IMG/VR virus record: IMGVR_UViG_3300048598_000485
Location: 1 to 26,698 of that record
Source of the DNA: a virus
Taxonomy: Duplodnaviria; Caudoviricetes
Direction: 5' to 3' (one strand)
DNA length: 26,698 nucleotides
Shown: piece by piece, positions 9,161 through 17,727 of the stretch
Layout of the letters: the number at the start of each line of letters is the position of its first letter
How positions within the stretch are numbered: position 1 is the stretch's first letter
Translations under genes and position numbers: made by a program
Notes under the pieces: model-generated
Seen by the model: only the letters and a program-made list of their open reading frames with translations
Databases searched by the model: none
What the model was told of the DNA's origin: nothing

Positions 9161-9901
9161 TTACGCTTCCTGAGCCCATGTTCCGCGGATTGCTTTGATT
9201 CGGTAACCATCAACGCCATCAGCAACAAATGTGATGAAGTCACCTTTCTTGGCTGTGGCCTTAGTATTTGATAGCTTCTTACCATCACCACCTGCTGCAA
9301 TGCCAAGTCCGCCGACGTTTTTATCCGCTGCCTGGAAATCCACTTCAACCAGTGCCCCGCCATCAGCCGCTGCATTCATGACTGTAAATTCAAGGCCAGC
9401 GGCTGTTGCCGGCAGAGTGATAACTACATTGTCTGCTGTGCAATCGTAGCAGACTCCAGATTCCGTAACACCAGCATTTGCACTTGCAGCTTTGGTGATC
9501 CGCGAACCTTGTGCGAATGTCGGAATGCGAGCATCGAATTTATTTAATGCAATATAAACAAACAGGTCAGCTGCCGCAGCTGCGATTACAGCATTACCAA
9601 GAAGAACATCGCCTGTCGCCTGTGCGTCTCCGCCAATTTGCGTTGCTGCTCCACTGCCGGCCGTACCGCCCTGCGGATCGCCATCAGCATCGAACCAGAC
9701 AGGAAGGCCAGCTGCAAATGCTTCGTTCTTTTTGGGCACTGCAAAGATACCTTCAACAGCAAGTGCACCTTTTGTATTTGCCGGGATATCAAGTTTAGTT
9801 ATGCCGACAAGACCTTTTTGGACCACGATCGTACCGGCGGCTACATCAACAGCCGGTGTGTAATCGATGGATTTGCCATTTTGATAGAAATTAATATTCA
9901 T
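9161..9901 (-). CDS. DUF2190 capsid cement/decoration protein with extra C-terminal domain
   Basis: N-terminal ~120 aa match the DUF2190 pattern (GKSIDYT..DVAAG..V...LVGI...GALAVEGIF.VPK), followed by ~125 extra aa. Confidence 0.75.
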   Translation of the reverse strand: MNINFYQNGKSIDYTPAVDVAAGTIVVQKGLVGITKLDIPANTKGALAVEGIFAVPKKNEAFAAGLPVWFDADGDPQGGTAGSGAATQIGGDAQATGDVLLGNAVIAAAAADLFVYIALNKFDARIPTFAQGSRITKAASANAGVTESGVCYDCTADNVVITLPATAAGLEFTVMNAAADGGALVEVDFQAADKNVGGLGIAAGGDGKKLSNTKATAKKGDFITFVADGVDGYRIKAIRGTWAQEA

Positions 9902-9928
9902 TTTTGTATACTCCTATTAAAAATATAT

Positions 9929-9960
9929 CTGAAAACTGATGACTGAAAGCTGACAGCTAA
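9929..9960. repeat. CTGAnnn heptamer tandem repeat
   Basis: ctgaaaa ctgatga ctgaaag ctgacag ctaa directly after the capsid stop. Confidence 0.7.
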
Positions 9961-9963
9961 TCA

Positions 9964-11865
9964 TTACGCTTCACCTTTAATTTTGACCGCTCCGCGGTAA
10001 TCCTGTTCTCTAACACCAAAATCAATAAAGCCCCTGAACTGAATGCCGAGTGTATTAAAATCGGCATCTGTTTTTTCAACTGTGGGCTGATCGATTCCAT
10101 TTAAGAACGCTACTTCCAAAGCCGGCAATCTGTTGGGGTCTGCAAACAGATACCATGCCTTTGAGCTGTAACCTGTGAACGATGAATTCGAGAGGAAACT
10201 GCTGGAGACAACCTCGAACTTGCCAACGTGTGGGTTATTTGCAGGTTTGCCCTTATTGGCAGTAGTAGTTTCATTGAGAGTCTGTGACTTCATGAGCATA
10301 TCAGCAGGAACTCTCAATGCCGTCGGAACAAGTATTATCGATGGCTGAATACCCAGCGGTTTGCCATTTGGTTTGGTCTGGTCATTGAACATTACCTCAG
10401 CATCGGTAAGTGAATCTACACACAGAACCGTATCAGCGCCATCCTTGTAATTTTTATGTGCCATCGAGAAAAAGCTCGATGGATTAGAGAGTAAAAGTCC
10501 CCAGACAGCATCAGCAATTGCTTCTGCCGCACCCATACCGATTTGTCTGGGCAGGTCTGTAAATGCAGCCAGGTCATCATTGATAATCATCTGGCGGGTC
10601 AGGGCAAACATGATACCGTGGGTATCTGCCTTCTGGCCGTATTTCTGCTCATCGACTTTACCGTGCTTCAATTCACCATCCGGGCCAACCTGCTCGAATT
10701 TAAAACTTCCAGTCATACGATAACGACTGTGCTCTTTGAAGTCGTTAACACTTGCAATCTTGCAAATCTTTCGCCAGGTATCTTCAATATAACTGTAACC
10801 CTCCAATAGCATTTTATTTGCTACATTGGAAAGTATCCCCGGCAGCGATGCCGTGCTGAATGCCGCAGACAGCCAGGCCGAGGCATCTCTGCGGAATCTC
10901 GGCAATTGCATCCCGCAAATCTGCTCACAATATTCCTGGATACCAATGCCGCGAAGCTTATCTGCCGCCTCCAAGGTCTGGACATCATAGAGTTTTTCAA
11001 GGCGGCCGGCCTGGATACCAGATGACATCAAAGCTATAGCCTCAAAGACCTTGGGAGTTGCTGTGATTTTCTGCGAAGTGATGATATTTACTGTCGGTCT
11101 GGATGCCCTGAGAACTTCAAGTTCACATTTGCTCTGGTCCCAGCCTTCAGCAATTGCCTTTGCCTCAATATCATCGTATTTACTGCCGCAGATTTTTTTG
11201 ATAGCTGCGATGCGGGCAGTTTCCGCAGCAGCCGCTGTGCGAATATCGGCAACAGCAGATTCTGCGTTGATAGTTGTTTCTTCTTTTTTGGTGGTTTCTT
11301 TATTTTCGATATTTTCCATAGTATGCTCCTGATGATTTGCGGCTATTGTTGCCGATGTATTGTTGTCTGCACCCAGGGTCACAAAACTTATTTCACCCAG
11401 AGTTGCTTTACGTGCTATATTTAATGGGCCGGTAAAATCCTTACCGTTTACGCTTATATTTTGGCCGGCTTTGATGAATTCAACCTGGTCAGCCCGTGCG
11501 CCAATTGATGCCTGCCAGTTAAAACCTTTGTCGGCCAAAGTAACCACCCGCAGCACACGAGGTGAATCGCCAAGTATTTCGCCGACAGCAATGAGATTGT
11601 TTTCAACGATGTCCACATGGTCCGTCTGGCCAAGCAAATCATCGATGTCCTGATTATGACTGATAAATATCGGTCTCGATGAACTGCCTGTACTCAAACC
11701 CTGAAGGTCAATAACCACAGGATACTTCCAGCCATCAAGCATCATCGGGCCACCTGTATATGCAGTCATTGAAAAACGCCTGTTCTTGGGCTTTTCGTTC
11801 TCACCAATTGCCTGTGCTGCTTCGATTGAAAAATTTGCCGTTAGATTTAATTTACTGTTCTTCAT
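9964..11865 (-). CDS. Prohead protease-major capsid protein fusion (Mu gpT-like capsid domain)
   Basis: Start reassigned to MKNSK (11865, GGAG upstream). N-terminal protease (FISH, WQASIG, GEISFVTLGAD), helical linker, then capsid domain (VNDFK...TRQMIINDDL...DFGVREQDYRGAVK). Confidence 0.85.
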   Translation of the reverse strand: MKNSKLNLTANFSIEAAQAIGENEKPKNRRFSMTAYTGGPMMLDGWKYPVVIDLQGLSTGSSSRPIFISHNQDIDDLLGQTDHVDIVENNLIAVGEILGDSPRVLRVVTLADKGFNWQASIGARADQVEFIKAGQNISVNGKDFTGPLNIARKATLGEISFVTLGADNNTSATIAANHQEHTMENIENKETTKKEETTINAESAVADIRTAAAAETARIAAIKKICGSKYDDIEAKAIAEGWDQSKCELEVLRASRPTVNIITSQKITATPKVFEAIALMSSGIQAGRLEKLYDVQTLEAADKLRGIGIQEYCEQICGMQLPRFRRDASAWLSAAFSTASLPGILSNVANKMLLEGYSYIEDTWRKICKIASVNDFKEHSRYRMTGSFKFEQVGPDGELKHGKVDEQKYGQKADTHGIMFALTRQMIINDDLAAFTDLPRQIGMGAAEAIADAVWGLLLSNPSSFFSMAHKNYKDGADTVLCVDSLTDAEVMFNDQTKPNGKPLGIQPSIILVPTALRVPADMLMKSQTLNETTTANKGKPANNPHVGKFEVVSSSFLSNSSFTGYSSKAWYLFADPNRLPALEVAFLNGIDQPTVEKTDADFNTLGIQFRGFIDFGVREQDYRGAVKIKGEA

Positions 11866-13327
11866 CTTCGTTTGTCTCCGTAATTGAAGTTGTTTGTTTT
11901 TCTGGTGAAATACCAAGTTCATCCATAAGCTGCTTTTCCCGTGCACGCTGGCGAAGTTCAACTTCCCAGTCCTTGCCCTGCTTCGCATATTCATCAGCCA
12001 AAGTTGTTGTATGATTAGCTAAACGCATTTGCTGTGCTTTTGCCTCTTTGGCAGGATCGACATGCTCTGTGCCATCCCAAAACCACTGATGGCAAGGCGT
12101 AGCCCTGCACCGACTCATAATTGTGCGCCAACTGAGTGGGAGATAGTCAGAGATTAAAATTGCCTCATCGAGCCAAGCCTGCAAAATCCTATCGAGTATG
12201 ACCATGGCCATGTCAGCCTGATCCACCCGGATGCTCTTGTAATATGTTTGATGGTCGAGCCGGCCTGATGCATAGTTATATCCAGATGAATTACATGCCG
12301 CGATATTAAAGGGCATATTCAGACAACGAGCGATTTCGTTTAGGATCTGATTTTTAAATTCACCGTAAGTTGTAGTTGGCTGATGTGCTTCTATCTGGCC
12401 AAGTTTCCAGCCATCAGGAAGAGTGGTTGCCATTCTTTTTTCAAGCTGAACTACATCCATCGGTTCCAAATTCGCAGCTTCACCATTTGCAGGTGAATCC
12501 GTATATAAAACCGCTGCAAAATCAGCGGCTGTTTCGGCGGCGGCAATGACGGCAAGTGTATAGCGTCGAAGTTGCGCGAATAATGGCAGCGCCGGTGTGA
12601 TTTCCGGAATCCCTCTGCTCTGGCCGGGCCTATCGGCCCTGAACCAGTGAACCATCGAATCGGCATCGATAGTACTGTATTCATAGTAAGCAGCATTCGA
12701 CATTGAACCCGGATGATTTTTAAGAACAAAATAATTGGCAGGATTGCCGAATTCATCAAATTCAATGCCATCTACAGTGGGCTTTAGGCTTTGGGAATTA
12801 GGCTTTGGGCTGGCCGCTGAGGACTGAAGACTGAAGACTGACCACGGAGTGGTTACCTGGTCTGCCTCAACAAGTCTAAGGTCAAGTTTTACCGGGCAGT
12901 TTAGATTGCGATTTATTGAAAGAATCCCGAAAGCCTCACCATCGCTGGCACGAGTCATTCGCATAGTACGAAGTTTTTGGGCCAGATGAATTTGGGATGC
13001 CCAGTTCATAAACTCTGTTTCAATAATGCCGTTGCCGTTATCATCATCGGTCAGCATCTGAAGCCTTGGCCCTGTGCCGACAACATCATTAGCGAGCGTA
13101 GTAACTATGCCCCTGGCATAACTATTATTAGCAACCTCGTAGCGAGAGCGGTTACGAAGGGTTTTGCGAACATCAGCACTTGCAGCGCCGTCAGCAGAAA
13201 GACCATCAGCATTTGACCAGTGACGCTGGTTATCTGCCGTGGTCTGGGCGGCATCAAACCTTGCCCGCAGGATTCGTCCTGCCGGCTGAATGACTTTACG
13301 CTCTTTGTTTTTACCGAAAAACCACAT
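11852..13327 (-). CDS. Phage portal protein, lambda family
   Basis: 491 aa; LRNRSRYEVANN, VVGTG, RPGQSRGIPE, NYASGRL and HVDPAKEA motifs. Confidence 0.92.
   Translation of the reverse strand: MWFFGKNKERKVIQPAGRILRARFDAAQTTADNQRHWSNADGLSADGAASADVRKTLRNRSRYEVANNSYARGIVTTLANDVVGTGPRLQMLTDDDNGNGIIETEFMNWASQIHLAQKLRTMRMTRASDGEAFGILSINRNLNCPVKLDLRLVEADQVTTPWSVFSLQSSAASPKPNSQSLKPTVDGIEFDEFGNPANYFVLKNHPGSMSNAAYYEYSTIDADSMVHWFRADRPGQSRGIPEITPALPLFAQLRRYTLAVIAAAETAADFAAVLYTDSPANGEAANLEPMDVVQLEKRMATTLPDGWKLGQIEAHQPTTTYGEFKNQILNEIARCLNMPFNIAACNSSGYNYASGRLDHQTYYKSIRVDQADMAMVILDRILQAWLDEAILISDYLPLSWRTIMSRCRATPCHQWFWDGTEHVDPAKEAKAQQMRLANHTTTLADEYAKQGKDWEVELRQRAREKQLMDELGISPEKQTTSITETNEDEEQ
12780..12841. 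repeat. Two heptamer arrays (GGCTTTR and CTGAnGA) inside the portal CDS
   Basis: ggcttta ggctttg ggaatta ggctttg ggct..ctgagga ctgaaga ctgaaga ctga; encodes SVFSLQSSAASPKPNSQSLKP. Confidence 0.7.
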
Positions 13328-13330
13328 AAC

Positions 13331-13413
13331 TTTAGTCCTCAGCTGTCAGTCCTCAGTCATCAGCAAAAGACAGCGTTTTTAGCTGAAAGCTGAGGTCCGA
13401 AGACTGACTGCTA
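13331..13413. repeat. Inverted pair of CTGAnnn heptamer arrays (imperfect hairpin)
   Basis: Left arm is a TCAG-type array (13331-13364), right arm a CTGA-type array (13382-13413), separated by a short loop. Confidence 0.7.
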
Positions 13414-13416
13414 TTT

Positions 13417-13614
13417 TTATTCCGCTCCTGGAGGTGATAATTTTGAGAATTTAATACCAAGACCTTTTCGCTGGGTCGCATTCTTACTGGCCAGGTATTT
13501 ATCCACGGCAATCTGGTCGGCCAGCGGGTGCTGCTCGACAGAGACTCCATCACTGCTGACTTTTGCAGGGCCAGATGCGTTATCCGCAATTTTTTCTTCT
13601 AAATTTTCAGCCAT
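13417..13614 (-). CDS. Head-completion protein, gpW-position analogue
   Basis: 65 aa between terminase and portal as in lambda W; V..DG.SV beta-hairpin plus helix pattern. Confidence 0.6.
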   Translation of the reverse strand: MAENLEEKIADNASGPAKVSSDGVSVEQHPLADQIAVDKYLASKNATQRKGLGIKFSKLSPPGAE

Positions 13615-13715
13615 AAAAAAATATGTCCCTCTATAGGTTATTTATTAGCCGAAGTGCCATTTTTGTAACGCTGATTTAGACTAAATTTAGATTTTGTTAC
13701 GCATATAGACATAAT

Positions 13716-13892
13716 TCATTGCCCCACCCTCTTTTCCCATGTCGTAAACCTTCGATCACATTTCTTGCATTCTCTTCTACGCACCAGTTTTCCATCAGAA
13801 CCAGCACGTGTGTAAATTACCCGAAAATGCCGACAACCACAGTTGCGGCATTCCAATCCTTTTTCTATCTTGGTTGTCTGTTCTGAAATCAT
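13716..13892 (-). CDS. 58-aa zinc-ribbon protein resembling the NrdR N-terminal domain
   Basis: Not in ORF track. Manual translation MISEQTTKIEKGLECRNCGCRHFRVIYTRAGSDGKLVRRRECKKCDRRFTTWEKRVGQ; ATGA overlap with the terminase stop. Confidence 0.85.
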   Translation of the reverse strand: MISEQTTKIEKGLECRNCGCRHFRVIYTRAGSDGKLVRRRECKKCDRRFTTWEKRVGQ

Positions 13893-16132
13893 CCCTTGTT
13901 CCTTTGAATATCTGATAATTTTATTCTTTCTCGTTTTACAAATGCTTTTACATTATGCCCGCTCAAACTGCATCCACACATCGATGCCGCCACAGAGCAT
14001 CCGACCATGCAATCCAGCCAGTGATTATCAAGCCCGCCAATTTTCGGCGACCATTGATAAACGACTCTGCCATGCCCTTCGGTTCGTACCCAGATTTCTG
14101 AACCTGCCACATGCTCTGCAAACAACGAATGCTGATGAGCGCCTTTGCCGAATAAGGTCATACTCCCATGATCACCGGCCGCTACGAAGAATCTTTCATG
14201 CACAAATGTCTTCCAGTAGTTAGTATCGATTGCCACATGTGTAAATTCCCCGGTCTTGTTGATATTTGGGATATACCAATGATGACCATGCCGTTCTCCC
14301 GGCTTGCGTTTATAGGTTGACATTGGCTTGCTTGCCGCGCGAATGCCGACACCTTTTGATGCCATGATTGTGCCGCCAAGTTTATGACGGATATTTTCAA
14401 CGATGCCGGGCAGATAGCCGCCATCAATCAGGCACCGGTCAATTTTCATAACACCTGTTCCGCGGTTCCAATCTCTATTGAGATAATCACCGCACAGTTT
14501 TTCCAATCCAGCTTGTATCGCTCCTTCTTTTTCCATGCCGCGATAAATATCCTGCAAAGTTATCTGTGCTTTTCTCAGCGTGAAAGATAATCGTTTCTGG
14601 TCAGGATAGGTTCCGTAATCAACAACATACCCGGTAAAGTCATCCGACCAAGCGACCACAACATAAAAAAGCAATTTATCATGCACATCGATAAACATCG
14701 TAAGATACTGACAGCCCAGCGGTACCTCACCTCGTTTTCGGCCATTGGTTTTCTCCATAACCTGTTCAATTGTCAGAACCTGCTCATCGGATTGTTCTGC
14801 AATCGGGTCATTTTGATATTCGGCATAGAACGCAACCTCATCTCGCAGCATTAAATTCATAGCATGCTGAATGGCAGAGACTTCATCTTCGTTATGACGC
14901 TGGGGCCAGGCAGCTTTACTGCCCACATCCATGGCGGCTCTATTTTGGATATAAAACTCTGTCGCCTCCTTGCCACCATTACCTGCCCGAAGACTCTCTG
15001 CTCTGATTTCTTCATACTTATCCCAAAGTTTAGTATCTGTCGGGAATGCATAAACCATCTTCGTGCACTGGCCCTGCCATTCAGGATTCTTTTGAGAATC
15101 TAAAATCTGATCAGCCAAATCATTGCAGTAAATTTTTGTACAGGTAAGAAGACCGGATATTTTCTTACCCGGCCCTGCCATACCAAGGACATCACCACTT
15201 AATGTGCTTAGCCGCTGATTGGTCTGGTCAACTGATTTGGCAGATTCTCGGGTTTGCGGGTCATCGATAAGAACCAAGTCCGGCCGAATTATTTTCCCAT
15301 CCATTGTCGTATGGATCTGGCCTCGAATATTTGAGTCCAGACTATCAACTGTAATCACAGAGCCTGATGCGATACTTCCTGGTATGGTAGGAATAACTAT
15401 TTTATGCGTTCCCCATACCGGATACGTGAGCCGGCCTTCATGTCTTTGGCCTCTTTGTTTATGGGCACTGTTTTCCAGGCACTGGATTGGATAAATAATT
15501 TCCGGGAAGTCCGCCAGGAGTAAAGTATTGCCAAGCATGGCCGCCTGGACACTTTGAAAAAGATTTAACGATTGCCGGGTAGCAGAACCAATCAAACACA
15601 CATATCTGCGAGCGCCTATAAGAATTGCCCAAATAGCAGCCGAACGAGTCAGAGCGGATTTACCGCTTCCTCTTGGCATCGCAAATGCAAATAGTCCACC
15701 ATGAAGAACCGATTGTTCTATTTTGGCAATTACACGAAGGTGGTCATCAGACCACGGCAGATAAAATACATCCGCAAAATATGTCTCACAAAAGAATCTA
15801 AAATCCCGACTTGTCCGTTCTCTTCTTTCGGGATTTTCAACTTGTGGGATTTCACCGATATCCTGTGCTTCTTTTCGAGCTGCGTTTTTGGCAATGAGAT
15901 CTTTTAGCCTGGACTCTGCGACAGACTCGGCTGGCGTTTTCTGATTTTCATATTGGCCAGCCAGCCATTTGACATATCTTATAAGATTAATAGTTTTACC
16001 ATCGCCGACATCGTATGCAGCCACATCCAACTGCCTGCGCAGCCTTGTGCGGTCCAGCACTGCTCCCAATGGTGTATGGTTAAGAATCTGCAATAATTCT
16101 GAGTGCGATAATTTTTGTACATCAATTGCCAT
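13889..16132 (-). CDS. terL: Terminase large subunit (lambda gpA-like)
   Basis: 747 aa; Walker A MPRGSGKS, Walker B LVLIDD, nuclease acidic motifs FIDVHD, IDGGY, NHWLDC. Confidence 0.92.
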   Translation of the reverse strand: MAIDVQKLSHSELLQILNHTPLGAVLDRTRLRRQLDVAAYDVGDGKTINLIRYVKWLAGQYENQKTPAESVAESRLKDLIAKNAARKEAQDIGEIPQVENPERRERTSRDFRFFCETYFADVFYLPWSDDHLRVIAKIEQSVLHGGLFAFAMPRGSGKSALTRSAAIWAILIGARRYVCLIGSATRQSLNLFQSVQAAMLGNTLLLADFPEIIYPIQCLENSAHKQRGQRHEGRLTYPVWGTHKIVIPTIPGSIASGSVITVDSLDSNIRGQIHTTMDGKIIRPDLVLIDDPQTRESAKSVDQTNQRLSTLSGDVLGMAGPGKKISGLLTCTKIYCNDLADQILDSQKNPEWQGQCTKMVYAFPTDTKLWDKYEEIRAESLRAGNGGKEATEFYIQNRAAMDVGSKAAWPQRHNEDEVSAIQHAMNLMLRDEVAFYAEYQNDPIAEQSDEQVLTIEQVMEKTNGRKRGEVPLGCQYLTMFIDVHDKLLFYVVVAWSDDFTGYVVDYGTYPDQKRLSFTLRKAQITLQDIYRGMEKEGAIQAGLEKLCGDYLNRDWNRGTGVMKIDRCLIDGGYLPGIVENIRHKLGGTIMASKGVGIRAASKPMSTYKRKPGERHGHHWYIPNINKTGEFTHVAIDTNYWKTFVHERFFVAAGDHGSMTLFGKGAHQHSLFAEHVAGSEIWVRTEGHGRVVYQWSPKIGGLDNHWLDCMVGCSVAASMCGCSLSGHNVKAFVKRERIKLSDIQRNKG

Positions 16133-16328
16133 TGGTTATCCTGCTACTTAGCCATGCGCCGTAATGGACAAGATTAATCGTGCCATCTGCCGCTACAGGC
16201 GCACCTTCTGATATATGTTTCTGGACAATCTGTACTTGGATTCCAAGCATCTTAGCCGCCATTTCCACCGTCAATGCCGTAGGATTAAGCTGTGGTTTAA
16301 CAGGTTTAACATCGCTTGATTCTGTCAT
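16122..16328 (-). CDS. Small winged-helix protein, probable terminase small subunit (Nu1 DNA-binding-domain-like)
   Basis: About 68 aa; ALTVEMAAKMLG..VQKHISEGAPV....W pattern like lambda Nu1; overlaps the terL start. Confidence 0.6.
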   Translation of the reverse strand: MTESSDVKPVKPQLNPTALTVEMAAKMLGIQVQIVQKHISEGAPVAADGTINLVHYGAWLSSRITNGN

Positions 16329-16364
16329 AAAAAAACTCACATATTCTCAAAAATAATAGACTAA

Positions 16365-16436
16365 TTGACTTGATATGCTTTCGCCAAAATGGATGTATGT
16401 AACCAGTATAAAACATAAGTTTTGAAAGGGTAAAAA
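16365..16436 (+). promoter_or_regulatory. Putative promoter and RBS of cassette copy 1
   Basis: TTGACT at 16365, ATGTATGTAA at 16393, TTTTGAAAGGG RBS; the last two motifs recur in copy 2. Confidence 0.45.
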
Positions 16437-16742
16437 ATGGAAAATGCAAACGAAGAAAACAAAACAGCCAAGTTCGATATCGCAAACCTGCTCGGATGGT
16501 TTGAGTGTGAATTGGCGAAAGAAACAAATGCCGGCTCGCCCGTCGACGCCCGAAGAGAGCTTATACGTGCATTGGCGGTGTACAGCGGCATATCAAAAAA
16601 ACAAATCCAGGACTCGCTCGGTGAGTTGAGCAACGATAACATCGATGAGGTTTTTGAGGAATTGAGAAATGCTCCACAGCCGGATTGGGATGCGGTTACA
16701 AGAGATTTCAGAAAACACGCTGCAAAAAGCGAAAATGAATAA
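16437..16742 (+). CDS. Cassette 1 gene A: small acidic helical hypothetical protein
   Basis: 101 aa; GAAAGGG RBS. Confidence 0.75.
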   Translation: MENANEENKTAKFDIANLLGWFECELAKETNAGSPVDARRELIRALAVYSGISKKQIQDSLGELSNDNIDEVFEELRNAPQPDWDAVTRDFRKHAAKSENE

Positions 16743-16768
16743 ACATCATTTAGAAAGGTGAACAACAC

Positions 16769-17020
16769 ATGAAAGTTAAAACCATTACGCTCGAAGGCCA
16801 AACAGGATACACGGCAACCATCAGCAGGGATGAAAAAGGTATCGTCTGCCAGATTAATGATAACGATGGAAATTGCGTCAACATCCATCATGTATCGCCA
16901 GATGACAGAGATGACCAGTTCAGCCTCGCCGAATGTATCCAGTTCCAACTCGATGGCTGCCGGGGCACCAATTCTATGAAACACGACTATATGAGATTGA
17001 TCACACTTTTTGCAGATTAA
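16769..17020 (+). CDS. Cassette 1 gene B: hypothetical protein with conserved C/HH/C/C residues
   Basis: 83 aa; clear paralogue of 25727..25993; GAAAGG RBS. Confidence 0.85.
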   Translation: MKVKTITLEGQTGYTATISRDEKGIVCQINDNDGNCVNIHHVSPDDRDDQFSLAECIQFQLDGCRGTNSMKHDYMRLITLFAD

Positions 17021-17032
17021 GGAGCTTTTAAA

Positions 17033-17203
17033 ATGAACGAACGAATGTTTGAAGAATTTTTGCAGGAGCTTTTGGCAGACCAGGATGAAATCAGGTCTAT
17101 CATGACATTTGAAGAGGCCGGGATGCTCACAAAAGATAAAGGACTCCTTGCCCGCACCCGTGACGGTGATGAGTTTCAAATTACAATAGTTCAAAGCAGA
17201 TGA
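17033..17203 (+). CDS. Cassette 1 gene C: 56-aa acidic protein
   Basis: Not in ORF track. MNERMFEEFLQELLADQDEIRSIMTFEEAGMLTKDKGLLARTRDGDEFQITIVQSR; AAGGAG RBS; paralogue at 26006. Confidence 0.85.
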   Translation: MNERMFEEFLQELLADQDEIRSIMTFEEAGMLTKDKGLLARTRDGDEFQITIVQSR

Positions 17204-17233
17204 ATACAACTTATTTTTGAAAGGGAAATTACA

Positions 17234-17719
17234 ATGAACAAAGAAGAAATTAAAATTGGTGGACTTTACACAATGAAAATTGGCAAGAACATCATCGCCG
17301 TTCGTATTATGAGCCAAAACCCGGATGGCCATTGGGTCGGTGTTAATGCCAATACCAACAAAGAGGTAATTATTAAATCCGCCGACAGGCTTGACGGAGT
17401 GTATCATGCCAAACCCGACACCTCGGCGCAGGTTGAAAAAGAAACCAATGGTACGAACAATTCCGCAGAGCCAAAGAAAGAACGCAACACAACCAAACCT
17501 GGCGGCTTGACTGCGGCGGTAAAGGTTCTTCAGGAAGCAGGCCAGCCTCTTAATTGTCAGGAGATGGTCAAACTTATGCTGGAAAAAGGCTACTGGAAAA
17601 CCGATGGCAAGACGCCGGCGGCCACAATTTACAGCGCCATTACAACTGAAATTAAGAAAAAAGGCGCTGATGCCAGATTCCGCAAAACCGAGCGTGGCAA
17701 GTTCGAATTGGTTAAATGA
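17234..17719 (+). CDS. Cassette 1 gene D: N-terminal beta domain plus HARE-HTH winged helix
   Basis: 161 aa; AAVKVLQEAGQPLNCQEMV...GKTPAATIYSAI..EI...RFRK..RGKF matches the HARE-HTH pattern. Confidence 0.85.
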   Translation: MNKEEIKIGGLYTMKIGKNIIAVRIMSQNPDGHWVGVNANTNKEVIIKSADRLDGVYHAKPDTSAQVEKETNGTNNSAEPKKERNTTKPGGLTAAVKVLQEAGQPLNCQEMVKLMLEKGYWKTDGKTPAATIYSAITTEIKKKGADARFRKTERGKFELVK

Positions 17720-17727
17720 CCCAACCA

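Noticed and set aside
11866-11994. Track start of the capsid ORF at 11994
   Set aside because: It overlaps the portal by more than 140 nt; ATG 11865 has an SD and a short overlap.
12090-12112. REP-like half element (GCAGGGCTACGCCTTGCC) in the portal 3' region
   Set aside because: Single short copy without a partner arm; could be chance.
13695-13711. Ogr-type activator site
   Set aside because: Spacing is TGT-N11-ACA, not the TGT-N12-ACA of P2 late promoters.
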